DNA of 44,642 nt from Promethearchaeota archaeon (GCA_004524535.1 SDNY01000013.1:1-44642), one strand, 5' to 3'; numbered from the stretch's first letter, positions 27,592-37,453 are shown. The notes: generated by a model from the letters alone, not told the origin. Numbers and translations: made by a program.

Positions 27592-30096
27592 TTAATTAAT
27601 ATTATTATTAAATTCATAGTCAATAAATTCATAGTCATCTCTTTTCTTACTAACTGCTTTTTTTATTAAGAGCGCAATTATTATCACTGCAGCGACGCAA
27701 CTAAATATAATAAGCAAACCAAGAGGGCTTAAAAGAAATTCAAATAGAGTCATTTCATCCTCGACTCTTCCGTTGTCATCATCTTCTTCCTCACTAATAA
27801 TAATAATTGGGTCTCCTATTGCTTTTGCTACTAGAAAAAACTTGCCATCATGAGTTGCTGTGTAATTTATAATTTCATCTTTTCCTTTAGTGGATGATAC
27901 ACTTAAGGCAATCGGTATAGGTTCTCCATAAATATTAGGCGTGTTATTATATAGATAAAGATCGTAATCTGCTCCAGCCGGAACGGTTAAATTTATCAAA
28001 TAATTTTGATCCTTTACTAAATTAAGATATCCTGCTGTAGCATGCTTACCATATGGATCAGTTGAGGAAGTATTGAGCCAAATATTCATTTTTGTAATGT
28101 TTATTGGTGAGGTTAGATTTACAGTCCACGCTTCTATAGCAGCATCAATATTAACTCTTCCATAACCCTCATGAACATCTTTATATCCCCGTTCAAGAGT
28201 AGGATAAAATGATGTATATCCCTCTCTTCTTAAACCTGCTGTTTCAGTTGCCGTCATTAATAGTAAAGCTTTTACTAATTTTGATTTTTTTCCTGTATTC
28301 CAATCCCAACTATTACCTCCCCCACCCATAGCCTCAATTAAGAGGTTAGCTGCTCCTGCTACAGCAGGAGCTGCCATCGAAGTGCCTTGAGCTGACATAG
28401 TGTCGTTTATAAAATAATCTGAATAGTAATCCCCATCATCATAATTTGTATCTGCTGAATATATCGGAAGGTGGAGCGAACTACCTCCTGGTGCAGTAAT
28501 ATCGGGTTTTACAGTATTTCCAGAATATGATGGACCTCCTTGACTGCTGTACGAAGTTATTTGGTCTTTAAAGTTCATAGCGGTAACAGCAATAGCATTA
28601 TCTGCGTCTGCTGGGGATCCAATTAGATTTCCGCCCGGTCCATAGTTTCCAGCAGCAACTACGACCACAGTTCCGTTTTCTACAGCGTAATCAACTGCAT
28701 TGATTACAGAGGGGACTGAAATAGGTAAACCTGCAAATTCCCATCCAAAACTCATGGACAAAACAGTTATATTGTATACATCCCTATTTTTAACAATCCA
28801 TTCGATACCAGCTAAAACATTTGTTATATCAGATGTTTTTACTCCAACAAGATGGGTTTTAGGTGCTACGCCTTGCCAGACGTTCCCGCACCCCAAAGTT
28901 GGAGGGTCGAAAGGCCAATGAATTGTCGCTCTAAATATTGAATGTGGATTTTCTACAAATCCATTATTAGTATTATCTTCAAAATGCCCGTAAAAATTTA
29001 AAGTGTAAATCCCTAAAGAATCACTATCAACAAAGTAAGTTAAATTCTCTTCTCTAGTTATATCGGACTTTTGAGAAGAATTTACAACAGAGTTTCCTCG
29101 CTTTAGATAAAACCAACCTTGTATTTGATCATTACTAAATGTTATATCTGTGTAATTAAGCTCAACTTGTATTTTCCCAGAATTAGTTACATTGAACCTA
29201 AAAACATCAAACTTTAAATAAGAACCATCTGGAATCGGGTAAGGATATGTAGTAAAATCAAGATCTTGAGAAACTGTTGAAACTGCTCTACTGCTCAAAT
29301 CAAATTCAGGAGGTCCTTGACCCGCTGCAATACCAGCACAGTGTGATCCATGACCATCATCGTCGTAAGGATCAGATAAATCATTTACCTCATCATTCCA
29401 ACCAATAATTTTATAATCAGGATCGTCATCGCTATAATTATCAAAAAAAGTGTGAGAAACATCGATACCAGTGTCCATTATCGCAATTGAACCATCTCTA
29501 TCTCCCTTATAACCACCATCTAGATCTTTCCAGACATAAGGGCGTAGGTTTAAACTTAAAGAAGTATAATATAAATTCGTTTTGTATTTCTCATTTTGCT
29601 CGATAAAAATTGGTATGTCTGCTTGTTTTAAATGGTCATAAAACTGAAAAAACTTATCAATTTTAATACTACCAGAAAATCCGTTAATAACATATTCATA
29701 TGTATTTATTATAGTTCCTCCGTATTTTTTAAAGAGTGAAGTTGCTAACGAATAATCGTATTTTTCAGGGAATTGTATTATTATTTCAATTTCCGTACCA
29801 GTACCACTTGTTTTTGGCAACGACTTTATTATTGAGGATAAATTATCCTCGAAATGATCGTACAGACCATTGTTATTCTTATCAAACTTTAAAATCATTT
29901 TTTCCCATGTATTTAGTCCAGCTAGATTAAAATCTTCGGAATTAGAGATTATACTGAGATTTTCTTGAGGAGCTAACATTTTGTTGTCGATCCTTTTTAT
30001 GGGAATACGATTAGAGATTAGTAAGACAGAAAAATACGGTCCTAAGAAAAGTAATAAAATGCTAATACAAATTATTTCGCGTTTTTTTAATATCAT
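27592..30096 (-). CDS. Membrane-anchored S8 subtilisin-like serine protease
   Basis: Signal-like N-terminus, propeptide, triad IMDTGID / HGSHCAG / GTSMAAP, oxyanion AAGN, PPC-like ADYDLYLY, acidic linker and C-terminal TM helix. Confidence 0.93.
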   Translation of the reverse strand: MILKKREIICISILLLFLGPYFSVLLISNRIPIKRIDNKMLAPQENLSIISNSEDFNLAGLNTWEKMILKFDKNNNGLYDHFEDNLSSIIKSLPKTSGTGTEIEIIIQFPEKYDYSLATSLFKKYGGTIINTYEYVINGFSGSIKIDKFFQFYDHLKQADIPIFIEQNEKYKTNLYYTSLSLNLRPYVWKDLDGGYKGDRDGSIAIMDTGIDVSHTFFDNYSDDDPDYKIIGWNDEVNDLSDPYDDDGHGSHCAGIAAGQGPPEFDLSSRAVSTVSQDLDFTTYPYPIPDGSYLKFDVFRFNVTNSGKIQVELNYTDITFSNDQIQGWFYLKRGNSVVNSSQKSDITREENLTYFVDSDSLGIYTLNFYGHFEDNTNNGFVENPHSIFRATIHWPFDPPTLGCGNVWQGVAPKTHLVGVKTSDITNVLAGIEWIVKNRDVYNITVLSMSFGWEFAGLPISVPSVINAVDYAVENGTVVVVAAGNYGPGGNLIGSPADADNAIAVTAMNFKDQITSYSSQGGPSYSGNTVKPDITAPGGSSLHLPIYSADTNYDDGDYYSDYFINDTMSAQGTSMAAPAVAGAANLLIEAMGGGGNSWDWNTGKKSKLVKALLLMTATETAGLRREGYTSFYPTLERGYKDVHEGYGRVNIDAAIEAWTVNLTSPINITKMNIWLNTSSTDPYGKHATAGYLNLVKDQNYLINLTVPAGADYDLYLYNNTPNIYGEPIPIALSVSSTKGKDEIINYTATHDGKFFLVAKAIGDPIIIISEEEDDDNGRVEDEMTLFEFLLSPLGLLIIFSCVAAVIIIALLIKKAVSKKRDDYEFIDYEFNNNIN
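27609..27637. repeat. 14-bp direct repeat with 15-bp period (taaattcatagtca) encoding DYEF-I-DYEF
   Basis: 27609-27622 is identical to 27624-27637. Confidence 0.85.
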
Positions 30097-30199
30097 TAGT
30101 AATATTGATTCGGTATTTTTAATTTAAAATTACTTGTTAAGAATTTGTTAGGTATTGGAAATTTAAATTTTATGCACTATTTTTATTATATAAAAAAAT

Positions 30200-30679
30200 T
30201 TGAAAAATATGGTCAATAGAGAAGAATTAACTGTCTATGATACAAGAAGGTATCCTGTTCGTCCACATGTGGGAGTTGGAATTTTATTAATCAGGAATAA
30301 CCATCTACTTTTAGTTAAAAGAAAATACGATCCAGATGCGGGTTATTGGTCAATTCCAGGGGGTCATTTAGAACTTGGCGAGAGAGTTCAAACTGCCGCT
30401 GAGCGAGAGGGTTTTGAAGAAACAGGATTTAAAGTAAAAGTTACTAAGTTAGCCGGAATTATTGATAAAATTATGTATGATGATTTAGGAAAAATTGAAT
30501 ATCATTATGTATTAGTTAATTATTTTGTCGAACAAATCGAAGGCAAATCTGATCAACCACCTAAAGCTGCGTCGGATGCACTTGAGGCTAAGTTTGTACC
30601 TTTTGAGGAGCTAAAAAAATACAAATTAACAGAGTCCTTAATCGAACTTTTAAAACAATTAAAGATTGGATTCGATTAA
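30200..30679 (+). CDS. NUDIX hydrolase
   Basis: Nudix box GGHLELGERVQTAAEREGFEETG, YPVRPHVGVG, YHYV, ASDA; start may be ATG 30209. Confidence 0.92.
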   Translation: MKNMVNREELTVYDTRRYPVRPHVGVGILLIRNNHLLLVKRKYDPDAGYWSIPGGHLELGERVQTAAEREGFEETGFKVKVTKLAGIIDKIMYDDLGKIEYHYVLVNYFVEQIEGKSDQPPKAASDALEAKFVPFEELKKYKLTESLIELLKQLKIGFD

Positions 30680-30816
30680 GTATTGAAATTGAAAAAAAAT
30701 TTTGATTTAAATTGTAAATAATAAGCCAAAAAAATATAACTCTTTTATTATTATTTTGAAATAAGTAAGAAGTTCATAAGATAAGATTATTTAAAAATTG
30801 TTTAAGGTCTTAAGAT

Positions 30817-32145
30817 TTGTCTTCGTTGATGAAACTAGCCAAAGACGGAAAAATTACTAAAGAAATGGAAATTGTTGCAAAGAACGAGCAGCTAGAAGTA
30901 GAATTCATAAGACGAGGATTAGCAAAAGGGAGAATAATAATTCCTAAATCAAATAAGCGCGGCGAGTTGGACCCACCAATAGGCATTGGTAAAGGATTAT
31001 TTGTAAAAATTAACGCTAACATTGGCTCATCGAAGACGATTTGCGATATAGACGCAGAAGTCGAGAAAGCAAAAATTGCCGTAAAATTTGGAGCTGATAC
31101 GGTAATGGATTTGAGTACTGGTGTTACAGAGGCAGATGTAAAAAGCATTAGGAAACGAATTCTTAATGAAATCAAGGTTCCTTTAGGGACAGTTCCTATT
31201 TATCAGTCTGCTTTAAGGGCACTTGAAAATAAAGGTGCCATCATTCATATGGATGAGGATGATCTTTTTAATGTTGTAGAGGAGCAAGCAAAAGAAGGAG
31301 TAGATTTCTTTACCATTCATGTTGGAGTAACGAAAGAGATAATAAATTATTTAGAAAACCATCCCCGAACAATGGGCATAGTTTCAAGAGGCGGAACCTT
31401 CATAGCATCCTGGATTCTAAGAAATAACATGGAAAATCCTTTTAATAGACGATACGACTATTTACTCGATATGGCGAAAGAACACGATTTCACTTTATCC
31501 TTAGGTGATGGATTGCGACCTGGTTGTATCTTTGACTCCACGGATTATGCCCAAATACAAGAGCTACTTGAAATCTCAAAATTAGTAAAGCGTGCTTGGA
31601 AAAACAACGTCCAAGTTATGGTAGAAGGACCAGGACATATCCCAGCTAATGAAATTGAGAGAAATATTACCATGCAAAAATCACTATGCGATGAAGCACC
31701 CTTTTATGTTTTAGGACCACTCGTAACTGATATTGCACCAGGATATGATGATCTTGTAAGCGCAATTGGAGGTACAATTGCCGGTTTAGCTGGAGCCGAT
31801 TATCTATGCTATGTTACTCCTTCAGAGCATTTAGGTTTACCAAACAAAGAAGAAGTTAAGAGAGGAGTAATTGCATCTAAAATCGCTGCTCACGCAGTTA
31901 ATATTGCTAGATATGGCAAAAAAGCATCAAGTTGGGATTATAAAATGGATATCGCTCGAAATAATCTTGACTGGGAAGAAATGATAAACCAATCGATTGA
32001 TCCCGAATTATCACGCGAAATTCATTATCGGGATGGCAGCGCTCCAGAAGATAAAGAATGTTCAATGTGCGGAAGTTTTTGTGCAATTAAGATTTTAAAA
32101 GAAGCTTTAGAGAAAAAAAGATCGACATCAAAGAAGATTTTATAA
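30817..32145 (+). CDS. thiC: Phosphomethylpyrimidine synthase
   Basis: KINANIG, GADTVMDLSTG, GTVPIYQ, VSRGG, SLGDGLRPG, EGPGH, YVTPSEH, CSMCGSFC. Confidence 0.96.
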   Translation: MSSLMKLAKDGKITKEMEIVAKNEQLEVEFIRRGLAKGRIIIPKSNKRGELDPPIGIGKGLFVKINANIGSSKTICDIDAEVEKAKIAVKFGADTVMDLSTGVTEADVKSIRKRILNEIKVPLGTVPIYQSALRALENKGAIIHMDEDDLFNVVEEQAKEGVDFFTIHVGVTKEIINYLENHPRTMGIVSRGGTFIASWILRNNMENPFNRRYDYLLDMAKEHDFTLSLGDGLRPGCIFDSTDYAQIQELLEISKLVKRAWKNNVQVMVEGPGHIPANEIERNITMQKSLCDEAPFYVLGPLVTDIAPGYDDLVSAIGGTIAGLAGADYLCYVTPSEHLGLPNKEEVKRGVIASKIAAHAVNIARYGKKASSWDYKMDIARNNLDWEEMINQSIDPELSREIHYRDGSAPEDKECSMCGSFCAIKILKEALEKKRSTSKKIL

Positions 32146-32207
32146 ATTAAGTTAATATACTTTCTTTTTACTATTATACATTGAAATATTAAATTGAGGG
32201 AATTTAA

Positions 32208-33041
32208 ATGAAAAAAGTTTTAACGATTGCAGGTTCAGATTCAGGTGGAGGTGCTGGGATTCAAGCTGATTTAAAAACTTTTTCTGCTCGAGGGGTTTTC
32301 GGTATGAGTGCGATTACGGCACTTACTGCTCAAAATACCATGGGAGTGCATGGGGTTTTTGAAATCGATCCTAATTTTGTGGCAAAACAAATTGATTCAG
32401 TAATGTCTGATATGGGGGCTAACGCTTGGAAAACTGGTATGCTTTCAAATGCTGAGATTATACAGATCGTGGCAGATCGCGCAACTAAGTATAATATTCA
32501 GCTTTTAATAATTGATCCTGTCATGGTCGCAAAAGGCGGTGATCCGCTATTGAAGGCAGAGGCAACTTCTACTCTCATCTCTAAGCTTCTTCCTTTAGGA
32601 TATGTTTTAACCCCCAATCTTCATGAAGCTAAAGTTTTAACTGGAATTGATATAACAACAATAGAGGACGCACAAGAATCCGCATTAAAGATTTTTGAGA
32701 TGGGAGTTAAGAATGTGGTAATAAAAGGAGGACATTTGCCAAATATCAATGCAGCTATTGATATTCTTTATGATGGAAACACTTTTACCGAATTTCGAGT
32801 GCCTCGTATTAATACAAATAACACCCATGGCACAGGATGTACATTTGCTTCTGCATTAGCTGCAGAATTAGCAAAGGGAAATAATATAATAAAAGCAGTT
32901 CATATTGCTAAAGCATATTTAACCCAGGCGATTAAAAGTGCAGATAATCTCCATATTGGAAAAGGTCATGGACCAACAGATCATTCTCAAGGAACTATCG
33001 TGGATGTTGATCTTTCTATTGTTAATGTGAGAAAATTATAA
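32208..33041 (+). CDS. thiD: HMP/HMP-phosphate kinase
   Basis: TIAGSDSGGGAGIQADLKT, TAQNT, KTGML, DPVM, TPNLHEA, KGGH, THGTGCT. Confidence 0.96.
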   Translation: MKKVLTIAGSDSGGGAGIQADLKTFSARGVFGMSAITALTAQNTMGVHGVFEIDPNFVAKQIDSVMSDMGANAWKTGMLSNAEIIQIVADRATKYNIQLLIIDPVMVAKGGDPLLKAEATSTLISKLLPLGYVLTPNLHEAKVLTGIDITTIEDAQESALKIFEMGVKNVVIKGGHLPNINAAIDILYDGNTFTEFRVPRINTNNTHGTGCTFASALAAELAKGNNIIKAVHIAKAYLTQAIKSADNLHIGKGHGPTDHSQGTIVDVDLSIVNVRKL

Positions 33042-33623
33042 TTGAATGAGCTTAATTAAGTGGAGTATAATTTCGAGTTTCTTAATAATATCTTTAGAAT
33101 TTTCACCAAATAATCTCATCATGGGTTCTTTTCCCATTGCCCCTTTATCCCAGATAATATCCGGAATTCTTCCCTTTTTATGTATATTTTCTTTAATCAA
33201 CCATTGCATAGTTGAATATTCTTTTTTCTTAACTTCTTCTGGTTGCTCTTCTCTAAGTATTTCTTGTAATTCTAAGTCTGAATCATCTTGAATTGATTTA
33301 ATTAATTTGGGTATATATTTTAAATTCATAACAAAATTAATTGAATTTTCAAATTCTTTCGCTGTAAGTATTAATCTAGCAGTATGATCAGAAACTCCAA
33401 ATTTAATTTCACCTGAAGCCTTGGGGAACCCATCTATTATCGTAATCCTTCCCTCAATTCCAGCAATTTCGCTTTTATTTTTTGCGTTAGGTAATGAACC
33501 TGAAATATTAGTGCGAACTTCTGGTATTAATTTACTAAAACTTTTGTTAGATGAAAAAAAATTATAAATTTCCTTGATTTGATTGATGATATCTAATTTT
33601 TCTTTAGGAAGGGATAAATTCAT
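33036..33623 (-). CDS. thiN: Standalone ThiN-type thiamine-phosphate synthase domain protein
   Basis: LIPEVRTNI, AGIEGRI, FGVSDHTAR, REEQP, STMQW, PDII, GKEPM; next to thiD. Confidence 0.85.
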   Translation of the reverse strand: MNLSLPKEKLDIINQIKEIYNFFSSNKSFSKLIPEVRTNISGSLPNAKNKSEIAGIEGRITIIDGFPKASGEIKFGVSDHTARLILTAKEFENSINFVMNLKYIPKLIKSIQDDSDLELQEILREEQPEEVKKKEYSTMQWLIKENIHKKGRIPDIIWDKGAMGKEPMMRLFGENSKDIIKKLEIILHLIKLIQL

Positions 33624-33640
33624 AAAATTAAACCTTTAAA

Positions 33641-34225
33641 TTATTTTACTCGATCAAAAGCCCATTTGGCTTTTTCGCTTAATCCAAGGGCTTCATAAGA
33701 TTTACCAATATACAAAAAAGCGTCTGGAAAATCAAAATCTTCTTTTGTAAGTTTAAATAAATGACCAATAGCCATATCATATCGTCCTTTTAAATAATAA
33801 GTTTTTCCTCTTAAGAAAAGAATTGTATGTCTATTATCCTTAGTTAAATCTTGACTATCAAATATGTTTAACTTTTTGAGAGCCTTATCATATTCTTGTT
33901 TCTCTAGAAGATTGGTAATCACATCAACTTGTTTTAAAAACACCATTTTTTCAGCAACTTGCTTAATTCTTGCTCTTCTCTGCTCTAAAAACGTATCTTC
34001 AAGAGAAATATCTTTCTCTTTTTCTTTTTGTTCTAAAAGGGCTTTAATTTTTGCCATTGTATATGAATTATAATCTTTATCACATAATGGACATTTTGGA
34101 GAGTGAAGTGACCACTCTGCTAGACAAGATTCGTGAACGGGATGCCCATTTGGACAACTGTATGACTTTTCAACATCTTTTCCACCATCTCCTATATCCA
34201 TATGGCAAATCAAACAAGAAGGCAT
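33641..34225 (-). CDS. RING-H2 finger + TPR protein (putative E3 ubiquitin ligase)
   Basis: C4-x2-C7-x16-C24-x3-H28-x2-H31-x2-C34-x10-C45-x2-C48 with W38 and P46; charged helical linker; TPR-like LRGKTYY...YDMAI and AFLYIGKSYEALG. Confidence 0.85.
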   Translation of the reverse strand: MPSCLICHMDIGDGGKDVEKSYSCPNGHPVHESCLAEWSLHSPKCPLCDKDYNSYTMAKIKALLEQKEKEKDISLEDTFLEQRRARIKQVAEKMVFLKQVDVITNLLEKQEYDKALKKLNIFDSQDLTKDNRHTILFLRGKTYYLKGRYDMAIGHLFKLTKEDFDFPDAFLYIGKSYEALGLSEKAKWAFDRVK

Positions 34226-34408
34226 ACGCGGCTTATTTATATATAATTTTATTTATTATAAACGTTTAATAAAAAACATATTATAATCATAATCTTAATA
34301 ATTTATAACAATATTTTTTTTCCTAAGATTTTTAATACTAATAGATTTTTATTTATATTTAATAAACAATTTGAATTCAAATAATTACAATGTTATGAGA
34401 TTAGTCTT

Positions 34409-35968
34409 ATGTCGTTTAATATAACAAAATCATTTAATATACTCTTTAAAAATTTCCTGGAAATTAGCAGTGAAGTAGTTGCATTGATAGTCTCTGATAG
34501 AGGAGGTCTTATTGTTGCGGGGGAAACCTCATCAGATGTTAATATGGAAATCATTTCAGTTTTAACTGCGATTGTGAATCCGATTTTAGACAGAATTCGT
34601 AATGAATTCGCCTTTAAAAAATTTGGAACCGCTTCTTTCGACACAGATGAATATCGGCTTTTATTTATTTCTGTTGATGAAAACATAACTTTAAGCGTAG
34701 TATTAACCACGTTAGCCTCCGTTGATAAAGTTTCACCTTACGCTTACTTCCTTGCAGAGAAAACTGCGCAGATTGTCAATGCCGAAGAGGGTGATGTTAT
34801 TCAGCTTGAGATCCCAAATTTTGAATACGAGGGAGAAACAGTAGAAAGAATTAAAGACCAGATTTATCAATTGAGATTAGAAAGTGGTGGAACGTATCGT
34901 TTCAAATTTATTATTATAGGGGATCATTATGTTGGAAAGACTTCAATCGTGCGACGCTACGTTGATAGAAGGTTCTCTAAAGACTATCGGGCGACAATAG
35001 GTATAAATATAATCACACATTCGTTTGATTTTTTTGAAAATGAAATAAATTTATCTTTATGGGATATAGGGGCACAACAGTATTTTAAACGATTTAGGCG
35101 TACATATTATATGGGTTCACAAGCTGCTTTTATCGTTTTTGACTTAACTAACCGTGAATCTTTTGAGAATGTAAAAATTTGGTTCGATGAATTAATTAAT
35201 TTTTTAGGGAAAATGGATCTTCCAATTGTTATTGTAGGAAATAAAACTGATTTGAAAGAAAAAAGAGAAATTAGTTATGAAGAAGGCGTTTCCTTAGTAC
35301 CAGAATTAGCTGAAAAAGGAGTATCTAAAATTTCTTATATCGAAACGAGCGCATTGACGGGAGAAAATATTAATGATGCATTTAGTTTAATATCATATCA
35401 TTACATAGTGAAAAGTAAAGAAAAAGAAGAAGAATTATTAAGAAAGAGTTTAGAGGACGGGATTAACTGCATTTTAAGAGATAGAGAGAAATTAACGCTT
35501 ACCTTTATCACGGAAAAAGCTTTTTGGAATCCCGGCTTACAAATCATGTCTGAATTAATTGAGTTAGGAAAATATGTAAAAATAAAGGATACAAAAGAAG
35601 AAAAGATCTTTGAATATCCAAACGGTTTAATTCTAAAAAGTCATCTCACTAATAATTTTGATTTATCTGATTCCGATGGTGCCTTTTGCATATTTGATGC
35701 GCGCGGCAAAGAGCATATTGATCCAAAGTGGAAGGAAAAATTGATTGAAATCATTGAAAGTATACAAGAAAATAAAGTTGTATTAATAGGTGTAAGAGTG
35801 GACCCTGAAAAAATGGACTGGTCAGTTTTAATGGAAGAATTTGATGTAAACGAGCAATTAGAGAGAAAGATGGTATCGCTCTTATTCTTTAAAATTGGGA
35901 TTGAATATCGCTTAGAAATCTACGATCAACTAGAAGTCATGTTAAATACAATAAAAACAATCAGATAA
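34409..35968 (+). CDS. Roadblock-like domain + Rab-like small GTPase + degenerate G-domain-like C-terminus
   Basis: ALIVSDRGGLIVA roadblock-like strand; G1 GDHYVGKTS, G2 ATIG, G3 WDIGAQ, G4 NKTD, G5 ETSA. Confidence 0.88.
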   Translation: MSFNITKSFNILFKNFLEISSEVVALIVSDRGGLIVAGETSSDVNMEIISVLTAIVNPILDRIRNEFAFKKFGTASFDTDEYRLLFISVDENITLSVVLTTLASVDKVSPYAYFLAEKTAQIVNAEEGDVIQLEIPNFEYEGETVERIKDQIYQLRLESGGTYRFKFIIIGDHYVGKTSIVRRYVDRRFSKDYRATIGINIITHSFDFFENEINLSLWDIGAQQYFKRFRRTYYMGSQAAFIVFDLTNRESFENVKIWFDELINFLGKMDLPIVIVGNKTDLKEKREISYEEGVSLVPELAEKGVSKISYIETSALTGENINDAFSLISYHYIVKSKEKEEELLRKSLEDGINCILRDREKLTLTFITEKAFWNPGLQIMSELIELGKYVKIKDTKEEKIFEYPNGLILKSHLTNNFDLSDSDGAFCIFDARGKEHIDPKWKEKLIEIIESIQENKVVLIGVRVDPEKMDWSVLMEEFDVNEQLERKMVSLLFFKIGIEYRLEIYDQLEVMLNTIKTIR

Positions 35969-36025
35969 TCTTACAATAACTATAATAAGACTATAAGATT
36001 TCTTATCATCTATAAATAAAGCAAT

Positions 36026-37453
36026 TTATTTGGTTCTCTTAATATTCATTATTTTAGTCTTCTTTTTTAACATTAAAACCCCTTGAACGGCCTCTTCAAT
36101 GCTATGAAATACGGGTATATTTGAAAGCTCTAAAGATTCAATTATAGAACCATACTTAGGTATATAAGGTATGAAGCATATAACGGGTTTTTTTGACATT
36201 GTCACTGTATTAGCAATTCGTCGTCCTATCTGAAAGGTTATAGATGGAGTATAGGGGAGAATTAAAACAATAATACATTCAATCCTATCTATTTTAGAGA
36301 GATATTTAATTATATTCTCTAAATCTTCATCTTTCGCTGATCCTGTAAGATCAATTGGATTTTCAAATGTTGCTATTCCTCGAGCGACAGGATTTACCAA
36401 ATCCCTCATTTCAAGTTTTTCTTCTTGAGTGAAATCCACCGCAGTTAAGCTATAATTTTTTAACAAATCTGCACAAATAACTCCATGACCGCCCGATAGA
36501 GATAGTATAGCAACTTTACCCTCCATAACGAGATGAGGGTCGAAAGGCTTTTTCTTATGAGATAAAATGTCTAATAACTTTAAATCTGTCAATAATTCGA
36601 GTTCTGTAAGCGGTTGTATTATTAAATATTGCTCTAATGCTGCTTGAAGTATTTTTTCATTGCCCGAAAGACTAGCAGTATGAGATTGAGTTGCCTTTTT
36701 ACCTTTTTCAGTCATCCCTCCAAAATATACAATTACATCATCTTCAGATTCTTTAGCTAATTGGAGAAATTTTCTGCTCTTTGAGGGATTAAACGCCTCC
36801 AAATAAAATGCAATATTAGAAGTCTCTTTATCTTTAGTGCTAAAGTATTCTAAAAGCATAGTCTCATCCACTACTGCTCGATTTCCTATTGAAACTGCTG
36901 TGGAAACCCCAATATTAATTTGATTAAATTTATGAAAGAATTGATCTACTAAAACTCCACCTGATTGGCTAATCAATGCAACGGACCCCTTTGGAGGTCG
37001 TGTGATTCGCTCTGTAGGCATAAAAATTGTGTCTAACAATGGGGGTGAATATACACCTATACAATTGGGGCCTAGAACTGCGATATCATTCTCCATTGCT
37101 ATTTTTCTCAGCTTTTCTTGATGTTTTTTTCCTTCTCCTCCTATTTCAGCAAAACCACCGCTTATGATTATGCAACCTGGAATATTATATTCCGCACATT
37201 GTTCTACATATTCTAAAGTAGATTTTGCAGGTATTGCAAGTACCATAAGTTCCGGAACTTTTGGTAAATCCTCTAAACGGGTAAATAATTCTACTCCTTC
37301 AATTTCGCCCCCTTTCGGATGAATCCCAAATACTTCAACCTGCATCTCAAATACATTCTTTATAAAAATGATCCTTCCTGGACTTAAAGGATTGCTTTTA
37401 CTAATACCTACTACTACCATACTCTTTGGTTTAAAAAGTTTCTCTAAATCCAT
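36026..37453 (-). CDS. acdA: ADP-forming acyl-CoA synthetase alpha subunit
   Basis: LFKPKS, ISGGFAE, LGPNCIG, ISQSGG, VSIGN, phospho-His SHTASLSG, NPIDLTG. Confidence 0.85.
   Translation of the reverse strand: MDLEKLFKPKSMVVVGISKSNPLSPGRIIFIKNVFEMQVEVFGIHPKGGEIEGVELFTRLEDLPKVPELMVLAIPAKSTLEYVEQCAEYNIPGCIIISGGFAEIGGEGKKHQEKLRKIAMENDIAVLGPNCIGVYSPPLLDTIFMPTERITRPPKGSVALISQSGGVLVDQFFHKFNQINIGVSTAVSIGNRAVVDETMLLEYFSTKDKETSNIAFYLEAFNPSKSRKFLQLAKESEDDVIVYFGGMTEKGKKATQSHTASLSGNEKILQAALEQYLIIQPLTELELLTDLKLLDILSHKKKPFDPHLVMEGKVAILSLSGGHGVICADLLKNYSLTAVDFTQEEKLEMRDLVNPVARGIATFENPIDLTGSAKDEDLENIIKYLSKIDRIECIIVLILPYTPSITFQIGRRIANTVTMSKKPVICFIPYIPKYGSIIESLELSNIPVFHSIEEAVQGVLMLKKKTKIMNIKRTK

Noticed and set aside
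30680-30816. TPP riboswitch upstream of thiC
   Set aside because: No CUGAGA core or GC-rich stems.
30817-32145. BzaF/BzaAB (ThiC paralogues)
   Set aside because: Adjacent thiD and thiN support a true thiC.
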